Shown here: in pieces, positions 56,253 to 64,000 of the stretch
Layout of the letters: each line of letters starts with the position of its first letter
Position numbering within the stretch: position 1 is the stretch's first letter
IMG/VR virus record: IMGVR_UViG_2603880160_000004
Location: 1 to 64,000 of that record
Length of the DNA stretch: 64,000 bases
Direction: 5' to 3' (one strand)
Origin: a virus
Taxonomy: Duplodnaviria; Caudoviricetes
Program-made: the position numbers and the translations under genes
The notes under the pieces: generated by a model
Databases searched by the model: none
What the model was told of the DNA's origin: nothing
Seen by the model: the letters and a program-made list of their open reading frames with translations, nothing else

Positions 56253-56807
56253 ATGAACATTACAAAAACTGAACTAAAAGATATACTATCAGGTATAGAT
56301 ATCTTTGTCCCTAATGTGGGATTGACAACATTAAAAAAAGTTAAGATGAATAAGTATCTTGACTTCAAGACAAGTGGTAAGAGTAACCCTAACCCTTACT
56401 ATGACCAAGTATCTATTGAACAACGATTATCAAATATCCAAACGGGTTTTGATTACGAGGGTCAATTAGAACGAAAGTATAAAAGTGAGGGAATCACTCC
56501 TACCGACAACGAGGACAAAAAAGAAAGTTGGTTTACCCAAGTTTCAAAGTGTTTAGTTGTTAGTAAGAAGAATCCCGATAATTTTTACTTCCGTTACCAA
56601 GACCACGATAGTAGTTATTTGGAAACCAAGTATATTTTTGAGGGTAATAGTATTGACAAGGTAATGTTCACTCAATACCTTATTGATACGAAAACGGACT
56701 ACTCAAAGTATCAAAATGGTTTAGAGAATACTTTGAACTTCAAGGTAACTTCATTAGACCACATTAAAAGAATTAAAATTCTTAAACAAGAATACACAAT
56801 TCTTTAA
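56253..56807 (+). CDS. Hypothetical early protein
   Basis: TATCTTTG at 56226-33; terminator at 56829. Confidence 0.75.
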   Translation: MNITKTELKDILSGIDIFVPNVGLTTLKKVKMNKYLDFKTSGKSNPNPYYDQVSIEQRLSNIQTGFDYEGQLERKYKSEGITPTDNEDKKESWFTQVSKCLVVSKKNPDNFYFRYQDHDSSYLETKYIFEGNSIDKVMFTQYLIDTKTDYSKYQNGLENTLNFKVTSLDHIKRIKILKQEYTIL

Positions 56808-57115
56808 GGTTTGTTCCCCTACAAACTGACCACTCCGAAAGGGGTGGTTTTTTTTTGACTTCACTCATACTTCGTAATCCAAATTATTGTTTGGCATTTG
56901 TCATACAACGAACCTTGACTTCACTTTACCGGAGTAATTGGTTTGGCAAGTTTAGTGAAACTTTTTCTACCCCCCGTGAATTTAAAATTTATTGTTTGGC
57001 ATTTGTCATACACCGAACCCTTGAGTCAGTTTACTCAGTCAATGTTGGTTGGCAATTGCCAGAACATATTCAAACCGATCAGGAAAAAAAATATTCTAAA
57101 ATTAATTAAAATATA

Positions 57116-57147
57116 TTTGTTGTATAAAGATAAAAGTATTATCTTTG
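57116..57147 (+). promoter_or_regulatory. Bacteroidota sigma-A early promoter (representative)
   Basis: TTTG-N20-TATCTTTG; related -7 elements at 56226, 58285, 58821, 59607, 61114, 62036, 63027. Confidence 0.8.
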
Positions 57148-57166
57148 TGTCCACAAAACAAACAAT

Positions 57167-57964
57167 ATGAAAATTAAAGAAAACCAATTATTTGAAACTA
57201 TTTCAAGTAAAAAACCAAAATACAAAAAATTTGTATTAGGTAATGATGTATTATTAACTTGTCAATCAATTAAGATTGATAATGTTTATCAACCTATGTG
57301 GGATAATAAATTTGATGTGTATGCAAAAAATATGTGTTCAATCTTAAAGTTATTACCTAATAGAGAATGTTTGTTATTTTATCCAAGTGATAAACAAAGT
57401 TTATATAACAATATTGTTTTTGAATATGTGAAAAATGATAATGACGTTATCTTTACACATAACCAATATATAAGTGGTAATTTATTTCAATCTTTTCAAT
57501 ACTTTAATTTGAAAACCAATGAAGTTAGATTTTTAGAAAAAACTAATGGTGTTAATGGAATTGATGAAAAAGTAAGATTAAGTTTAGATGAATACTATCT
57601 TAAATTGTGGGGTAACAATTATACTTGTAATATTTTAACTGATGTAATTGAATTCATATTAAAACCAATGATTTTTATTGAGTTGTCTGGTGTGAATGTG
57701 AAGTTTATTGACATTAAATCTAAAAGTGAGTATGGAAGTATATTAAAACCAATTCATGTTAAAAATCAAACGAGAGTAAATGTGGTGTATGTTAATAGTT
57801 TATGGAATGTGGGTACGATAGCTTTGGGTGAGTTTAAGGTTAGAGGTCATTTTAGATTACAAAGGTGTGGTGTAGGTAATACAGAGATTAAGTTAATCTT
57901 CATTGAGGAGTTTGTTAAGACCCACTACATTCGTAAGTCCACAAAAGAATTGGTACTTGGTTAA
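57167..57964 (+). CDS. Hypothetical early protein with C-terminal VRGHFRLQ.CG motif
   Basis: 265-aa ORF in a promoter-terminator cassette. Confidence 0.75.
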   Translation: MKIKENQLFETISSKKPKYKKFVLGNDVLLTCQSIKIDNVYQPMWDNKFDVYAKNMCSILKLLPNRECLLFYPSDKQSLYNNIVFEYVKNDNDVIFTHNQYISGNLFQSFQYFNLKTNEVRFLEKTNGVNGIDEKVRLSLDEYYLKLWGNNYTCNILTDVIEFILKPMIFIELSGVNVKFIDIKSKSEYGSILKPIHVKNQTRVNVVYVNSLWNVGTIALGEFKVRGHFRLQRCGVGNTEIKLIFIEEFVKTHYIRKSTKELVLG

Positions 57965-57990
57965 TTGTTTTCATAGGTTTTATGTTTTGA

Positions 57991-58016
57991 CCCTCGTAGT
58001 AATACGGGGGTTTTTT
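57991..58016 (+). terminator. Conserved early-region terminator family (representative)
   Basis: CCCTCGTA-GWAA-TACGGGGG-Tn; near-identical copies at 60537, 61709, 63943. Confidence 0.85.
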
Positions 58017-58337
58017 ATTTCCCTACCAACCTCGTCCGTGAATTTATTGTTTGGCAATTGTCATACAAGGAATCTTGAGTCAGGGTTCGGGAAAATTATT
58101 GTGTGGCAAATACGGATATGATATAAGATATCTACGGATATTAACGGATATGCCAAACAAGTTTTTGTAACCTCAGGAACCAAGTGGTTTTGTCATACAT
58201 GCCAAACAATATCCGGATGGAGACGACAGATGAAAAATCTTGGTATTGCATTTAAAATAATTTGGTGGATAAAAGAATTATCGTTATCTTTGTGGTTCAT
58301 ATTAAACGTCAGTCAAGACGATAAAACAATAAAGAAT

Positions 58338-58631
58338 ATGAAAAAGAAAATGACACAAGAGCAATTTGATTGGAACATCAAGTTCTTAAAAGAAGAATGG
58401 AACTATTGTATTGAGTTGATTAACGAAAAGAAAAAAGAGTTAGACAACTTCACGATTGACAACCACAAAGGATTGTCCGAACAACACGACTTTATGGGTA
58501 TCGTAAGACACACTATTGGAAAAGGTTGGTACTTCACCAATAAAGAAAATACTCCTATCTCTCAAAAAGAGTTGGTTTATAATTCTTTCAAAACACTTCA
58601 TAGTGTGTTTGATAGTATAGAACAAAATTAA
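58338..58631 (+). CDS. Hypothetical early protein
   Basis: Likely start after the promoter at 58285; terminator follows. Confidence 0.65.
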   Translation: MKKKMTQEQFDWNIKFLKEEWNYCIELINEKKKELDNFTIDNHKGLSEQHDFMGIVRHTIGKGWYFTNKENTPISQKELVYNSFKTLHSVFDSIEQN

Positions 58632-58847
58632 AAAATAACCCTCACTGAAAAGTGGGGGTTTTTTATTACCACCTGAAAGTAACTGGACCTGGTGAGAATT
58701 TGTGTGGCAAATGCCAAACAATATCCGGATGGAGACGACAGGTGAGAGATTTTGGTATTACATTAACAATATTTTAACAACAAATTCTTAATAGATGAGA
58801 AAGTATAAAGATAAAAGTATTATCTTTGTGTTCTAAATGATAATACT

Positions 58848-59189
58848 ATGACAACCGAAGAAAAACTTTTGACATATGGTTCTCAAAGACCTTTTGAACC
58901 TAATCAAACATTAAAGTTATTACAACAAGATATCAATATCTTTTGGAGTTGGGGTGTTGAGAAGAAAATATTGGTTATTGGTAAGGAAAGCGATGGTTGG
59001 GTTAAAGGTATTATATTCAAGGTAAATGGTTTCAAGTGGAAACAATATGTTATGATTACTTTAAATGGTTTGGACTATTATGAAGTAAGGTTATTAACAC
59101 AAAACTTTGATGTCATTGAAACCAAAGACCACGATATATGTTTTATGGATTTGGTTGAAGTAATTGATAAGTTGGTTGAAACAAAGTAA
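58848..59189 (+). CDS. Hypothetical early protein
   Basis: SWG..G..FKVNG...V.ITL...DYY.V pattern. Confidence 0.7.
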   Translation: MTTEEKLLTYGSQRPFEPNQTLKLLQQDINIFWSWGVEKKILVIGKESDGWVKGIIFKVNGFKWKQYVMITLNGLDYYEVRLLTQNFDVIETKDHDICFMDLVEVIDKLVETK

Positions 59190-59643
59190 ATTTTCTGTTT
59201 TTCATATTTTAGTTTTCCCCCTCGGAGTGATTTCCCGAGGGGTTTTTGTTTTTGGGAGATGCCGTAACACAGATGGACCTGGTGGAATGTTGTTTGGCAG
59301 ATTCGTATTACATTTCTCCATGTGACTGATCATCCGAATATATTGATTGGCAATGCTGTTACATTTTTATATATAAAAGTAACATGCCAAACAACATTCC
59401 TATGATCAGCTCGTCCCACGGGAAAGTGTATTATATTACACATTCAGTTACCTTTTTGGTATTCGTATTACATATTGTATCAAATAGTGTAATATATTAC
59501 ACATTGCCAGTCAATAATTTTTCCGGTCTTCCTCCACGGGTATTACATTAACAAAGTTTTAACAAAAATATTCTAAAAAAGATTTGGTATATAATTGTAT
59601 TACACTTATCTTTGTCCTATTACTAATCTAAATCTAAATTAAA

Positions 59644-59859
59644 ATGTTAAATCAAGTAAAAGACCTTGTTGGAAAAAGAGTGAAACTTATTCTAATGAAT
59701 GATGACCCTCAAACAAATCCTATCCCACCGAACACAATGGGAACAATCCTATCGGTAGACGATATGTACTACTATCGTGTTAAATGGGATAATGGTAGAA
59801 TATTAAACCTACTACCCGATGAAGATGAATATGAAATTATTGAGAACCCTATAAATTAA
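59644..59859 (+). CDS. DUF4314-like protein
   Basis: G.RV.L..M.DD..PIPP...GT...VDD....V.WDNG..L.L.P..D. Confidence 0.8.
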   Translation: MLNQVKDLVGKRVKLILMNDDPQTNPIPPNTMGTILSVDDMYYYRVKWDNGRILNLLPDEDEYEIIENPIN

Positions 59860-59863
59860 ATGT

Positions 59864-60151
59864 ATGAACGATTTTATTGATGTAATGAGAAGAGAAACAA
59901 AAAGGCATATGGATGAAAAAGGTATCTTTAGAAAAGATATTACTTTAAACCCAACAACACCAATTACTGAATTGGAATTATCAACAAGATTAAAAAATGT
60001 GTTATCAAAACACAATATTAAAAATGTTTCTCAATTAGAGGAATTAACCACGAGTGTAGTATTAAGTATGAAAGGTTTGGGTGATAAGTTAGTTATCGAA
60101 CTACAAAACTTTCAATATCAATATCGTATTTGTCCATTCAATAAATTTTAA
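59864..60151 (+). CDS. Stand-alone RNA polymerase alpha-CTD-like protein
   Basis: TPITELELSTRLKNVL...I..V.QL......L.MKGLG.K...E. Confidence 0.8.
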   Translation: MNDFIDVMRRETKRHMDEKGIFRKDITLNPTTPITELELSTRLKNVLSKHNIKNVSQLEELTTSVVLSMKGLGDKLVIELQNFQYQYRICPFNKF

Positions 60152-60155
60152 ATAA

Positions 60156-60506
60156 ATGTTAGTTAAATTAACCCACCGCGGCACACCGACCTTAGTAAAT
60201 GTAGACCAAATCGTATCTATCTATATGGATACTGATATGAAAAGTGGTTTGGTACAATCCAAAGTTACCACAACCAATGGTATTGTGTTCGTTGAGGAGT
60301 CCCTGAATGTAATCCAAAAAATGGTTTGGCAAGTTAAGAATGGTGTTCCACCCGAAATGGACTATGAAGTTCCTACTATCGAACAACGATTAGAGAAGTC
60401 GTACAACAATGAAAGACCTTTGTCATACGAACCAATTAGTCATAGAGTAAGAACTCCTATAAGAAGGAATTATAACCCTCATACTTTCCAAGACAACCAA
60501 TTTTAG
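60156..60506 (+). CDS. FlbD/SwrD-like protein
   Basis: MLVKLT..G....VN.DQI..I.....VEES...I. Confidence 0.55.
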   Translation: MLVKLTHRGTPTLVNVDQIVSIYMDTDMKSGLVQSKVTTTNGIVFVEESLNVIQKMVWQVKNGVPPEMDYEVPTIEQRLEKSYNNERPLSYEPISHRVRTPIRRNYNPHTFQDNQF

Positions 60507-61139
60507 TTTTTGTGTTTGTGAGTTCATATTGTGTTCCCCTCGTAGAAATACGGGGGGTTTTTATTTTATCAAATTCAGCAAAACTGTGCAGATCATGTAA
60601 TGTTGTTTGGCAGAAAAGTTCTCTAAAAGGTTTTACACTATTTACTAAAAACTTACTAAAAGTTCTCTAAAGAATTATGAAACCCTTACTACCATTGACT
60701 TTCGTGTTATGAAGTGGAGGGAATTCACCCCGACAGTGGGTCCCGTACAATTTGTTTGGCAAACGTAATACAAGTCATAATGAAACTTATCGTTCAAACA
60801 CAAGTCATTTATCAATCATTTTGACACCTATTTGACCGATAAACGAATTTTTAATGAACGATAAATGTGGTTAGACCATGTGCCACAGACCTGTGCACAT
60901 ATTGTTTGGCAAACGTATTACACCACAACCTCAAGATTATGATCAGTCGTCTGAAACTTGTTTGGCATGTTCACTTATTACCGATGTTCACGGTCCGTGA
61001 ACAAGAAGAATTAGTGAACAAGATTGCCACACAATATTTGAGACGGACGAACAGGTGAAATATTCTTTAACAAAATTTTAATAAAAATATTTGTGTATGT
61101 TACATAAAAGAATTACCTTTATACTCTAAATTAAACACT

Positions 61140-61682
61140 ATGAAAAAATTTGAATTAGAAGTCGTTCAAGACACAGACCCTGAAAGTCCTCGAACTTGGG
61201 ATAACTTGGGAACAATGGTTTGTTTTCACAAAAGGTATGAACTTGGTGATAAGACCGATTATCGTACAGAAGATTATGATAGTTGGGATGAATTAAAAGA
61301 AGGTATCATTAAGAATGAAGGTGAAGTTGTTATCTTACCTTTGTATCTTTATGACCACTCGGGAATTACAATATCCACAAGTTCTTTTGATTGTCGTTGG
61401 GATAGTGGACAAGTTGGTTTTATCTTTGTATCAAAGTATAAGATAAAGAAAGAAGGTATTGATGAAACTAAAGTTGAAGAATACCTTAAAGGTGAAGTTG
61501 AAACTTACGACCAATACCTTACGGGCGACGTTTGGGGTTATAAGGTATATGAAGTATCTACTTGTGATAAAGGTCACAAACATTGGAACGAAGTTGAAAG
61601 TTCTTGGGGTATATACGGACACGATGAATGTGAAAATGAAGGGAAGTCCGTATTACAACATTTAGAAAAAGAAGTTGTGTAG
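61140..61682 (+). CDS. Conserved phage/plasmid-type hypothetical protein
   Basis: ESPRTWDNLG, LYLYDHSGITIS, WDSGQVG, EVETYDQYL.G.V.G. Confidence 0.75.
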   Translation: MKKFELEVVQDTDPESPRTWDNLGTMVCFHKRYELGDKTDYRTEDYDSWDELKEGIIKNEGEVVILPLYLYDHSGITISTSSFDCRWDSGQVGFIFVSKYKIKKEGIDETKVEEYLKGEVETYDQYLTGDVWGYKVYEVSTCDKGHKHWNEVESSWGIYGHDECENEGKSVLQHLEKEVV

Positions 61683-62075
61683 AAATATATATGGTTGGAA
61701 GGTGAAGACCCTCGAAGTAATTCGGGGGTTTTTTATGTTACCGCCTCTCCACAGATTTCCCATCCGGGATATTGTTTGGCAAACGTATTACACTTACCCG
61801 TGTCCCACAGCGCATGCATAAAATGTTGTTTGGCATTTGCCAATCAATATCGGGAGCTGGCCACACAGATTCCAGTTCGTATTACACTTGTCCAGTTTTT
61901 TATATAATAAACGGGACATTCTTGCCAATCAATATCCCGAAGGTGCTGCAGGTGGACACATTCTCGTATTACATGTGTGGATAACTTTATTAAAATATAT
62001 TCTAATTAATTTGGAATATATAAAAGAATATTCGTTATCTTTGTGTCCTATTCATTAATCTAAAAAATAATTAAA

Positions 62076-62822
62076 ATGAACAAGATTCAAATCGGAAAGA
62101 AAGTAGGAGAAATTTTTGAAACAAAAGATTATTCAATCTTTAAGTTTCGTGAGGACAACAGATTAGTAAACGCTAATCATGTTAAGAAGTTAGCTAATCG
62201 TATGAAAGAAAAAGGTTGGTTATCTTCATCAGTTGTTACGTTAAACGGAAGTGGTGAAGTTATTGACGGACAACATAGAGTAAAGGCTGCAATGTCAGTC
62301 GGTAGTCCAATTCGTTACAAAGTAACTAAAGGTGCAGGTAGTGATGAAATGACCGGTATGAACACATTACAAAAGAATTGGTCACCATTTGACCACTTAC
62401 ACAAGTTTGTAACTAAAGGTAATTCTCACTATGTAACCTTTGATAGATTTGTTAATGAATTTCCAATGTTTAAGTACACGGAAGTTGCAATGTTATTGAA
62501 CAACACTTTGACAACAATTGCTCGTGATACATTTGAAAGTGGTAATTATGTTGTTAAGAATGAAAAGAAAGCTCGTGAGTGGGCGGGTTACATCTTGGAG
62601 TTGAAACCATACTTTGAGAAGTATTACACTAAAGCCATTTTCGTAAGAGCATTTATTAAAATTATCTCTAACAAGAAAGATTTTGTGTTTAGTGAGTTCT
62701 TACACAAAGTGAAGTTACGACCAAACAATTTAGTGGCTTGTGGTACGGTAGACCAATATGTAGAAATGATTGAAAACATTTACAACTACAAGAGAAGTAA
62801 CAAAATTAATTTAAGGTTTTAA
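62076..62822 (+). CDS. ParB/Srx-like N-terminal domain protein
   Basis: NR......V..L...M..G.....VIDGQHRV.A. Confidence 0.75.
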   Translation: MNKIQIGKKVGEIFETKDYSIFKFREDNRLVNANHVKKLANRMKEKGWLSSSVVTLNGSGEVIDGQHRVKAAMSVGSPIRYKVTKGAGSDEMTGMNTLQKNWSPFDHLHKFVTKGNSHYVTFDRFVNEFPMFKYTEVAMLLNNTLTTIARDTFESGNYVVKNEKKAREWAGYILELKPYFEKYYTKAIFVRAFIKIISNKKDFVFSEFLHKVKLRPNNLVACGTVDQYVEMIENIYNYKRSNKINLRF

Positions 62823-63052
62823 TTTGGGTTAGTGAATAATAGGAACGGGGGTTGTCGTAAGACAATCCCTTTTTTTTGTCTAAACTTTTTCTTCTGATCG
62901 TCTTCTGGATATTGTTTGGCAATTGCCACACAATATTAGTTCCTGCACAACATCCTGAGGTGTTCGTATTACATATCCTTTAACAAAATGTTAACAACTA
63001 TTATTTGGTGGTTAATATAAAAAGACTACCTTTACACTCTAAATTAATTAAT

Positions 63053-63901
63053 ATGAATGAACAAGTTAAAAGTTTATTAGACAAAACCAACCTAAATTGG
63101 TCGGTACGTCAAGAGGACATCCAAACCACAAGTGGTATTATTGTTCCAAACAAAAAAGCATTAGTTCGTGAAGACACCAACACAATCGTAGGTGTTCACT
63201 CGGATGGTTATCAACCTTATCAAAACCATGAGTTGATGGACTTATTACATCAAGTAAGTGGAAGAACAGGTTTAGAAGTTCACAAAGGTGGTGAGTTCAA
63301 AAATGGTGGTCGTATTTATGTTCAATTAAAAGGTAACAACCTTAAATTGGGTAATGACGTCATCGAGGGTTTCTTAACGGGTGTTAATTCTTTTGATGGT
63401 TCCACATCATTAGCATTCGGTCATTCTAACACAACTATCAGTTGTATGAATACTTTCTTTAGAGTAATGAAAGGTTTAGAAAACAAGGTTCGTCATACAA
63501 AATCTTTATCATTAAAGGTAGAAGACATATGTAAGAGATTGGACATTGTTTTGGAAGAAGAAAAAGAAACATTTAGATTCATTACTGAATTAAGTGAGAC
63601 ACGTTTTGATGATTTGTTGAAGGAGAAGGTGACACGAAAATTGTTTGGCATTAAACCCGAAGTAAATTTGAATGATGAAAATTCAATCTCAACAAGAACA
63701 AGAAACAATTTAAGTAGATTCTACATTGACTTAAATGGTGAGATTAGTCAAAAGGGTGATAACCTTTGGGGTTTATTTAGTGGAGTTACCAAGTACACAA
63801 CACACTCTTATAGTAAGAACGATAATACCGAAGTTAAAATGTTTGGTAATGTCGGACAAGTTGAACAAGAGATATTCTCCGATTTAGTGGAGTTAGTATA
63901 A
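63053..63901 (+). CDS. DUF932-family protein
   Basis: LNW.V, VR.D....G..S..Y...QN, GG, NSFDGS, CMNT, RHT, WG.F..VT.Y..H. Confidence 0.8.
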   Translation: MNEQVKSLLDKTNLNWSVRQEDIQTTSGIIVPNKKALVREDTNTIVGVHSDGYQPYQNHELMDLLHQVSGRTGLEVHKGGEFKNGGRIYVQLKGNNLKLGNDVIEGFLTGVNSFDGSTSLAFGHSNTTISCMNTFFRVMKGLENKVRHTKSLSLKVEDICKRLDIVLEEEKETFRFITELSETRFDDLLKEKVTRKLFGIKPEVNLNDENSISTRTRNNLSRFYIDLNGEISQKGDNLWGLFSGVTKYTTHSYSKNDNTEVKMFGNVGQVEQEIFSDLVELV

Positions 63902-64000
63902 TATTGATTTGTGGAATAATCAGTTGGTGACAACCTGTCGAACCCTCGTAGAAATACGGGGGTTTTTTATTTTGTAACTGCCGTGGGCACAGATCGTCCA

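Larger units (their letters stand above)
56130..62975. repeat. Dispersed intergenic repeats TTG(T/A)(T/G)TGGCA and (C)GTATTACA
   Basis: >20 copies of the first and ~10 of the second, confined to early-region spacers; 31-bp perfect repeat at 58199-58229/58711-58741. Confidence 0.9.

Noticed and set aside
56018-62058. Short ORFs in early spacers (56018, 56855, 56943, 57903, 60867, 61695, 61772, 61837) with recurring YCLA motifs
   Set aside because: The recurring peptide is a translation of the DNA repeat; they mostly have TTG/GTG starts and run through terminators or promoters.
57044-62930. Sigma-54 promoters (TGGCA...TTGC)
   Set aside because: TGGCA and TTGC are adjacent rather than at -24/-12 spacing; the genes already have sigma-A-type promoters.
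56130-62975. CRISPR array interpretation of the TTGTTTGGCA repeats
   Set aside because: Core only ~10 bp, both orientations, irregular spacing, interrupted by genes; no cas genes in the window.
1-64000. Alternative genetic code (stop-codon reassignment)
   Set aside because: Genes are intact and densely packed under code 11; no suppressor tRNA was seen.

Overview
AT-rich segment of what is most likely a jumbo phage infecting a Bacteroidota host. Host-type TTTG-N19-20-TAnnTTTG promoters are present, SD sequences are generally absent, and no host housekeeping operons are seen. From left to right: (i) a minus-strand block (87-12101) of secreted, lipoprotein and outer-membrane proteins with CsgG-like, C-type lectin/LCCL and cohesin/dockerin-like parts; (ii) a stable-RNA region with 10 tRNAs, an interrupted tRNA-Met-like gene, several unexplained structured RNAs, a probable GOLLD RNA and a tmRNA; (iii) sugar-nucleotide, glycosyl- and methyltransferase genes, holin-like and GH19 endolysin genes, and many orphan late genes that share a TATTTATA upstream motif and an N-terminal 'I(T/S)ExQL..I..E' tag; (iv) after a G-rich strand-switch point at about 56.05 kb, a modular early region of promoter-ORF-terminator cassettes separated by dense TTGTTTGGCA/CGTATTACA repeats. 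The strongest novelty candidates are two small terminator-ended RNAs complementary to functional rRNA sites (23S H69-H71 and the 16S 3' end) and a leader-peptide attenuator ahead of the tRNA array whose codons mirror the encoded tRNAs. All calls were made by eye; no database search or folding computation was run.
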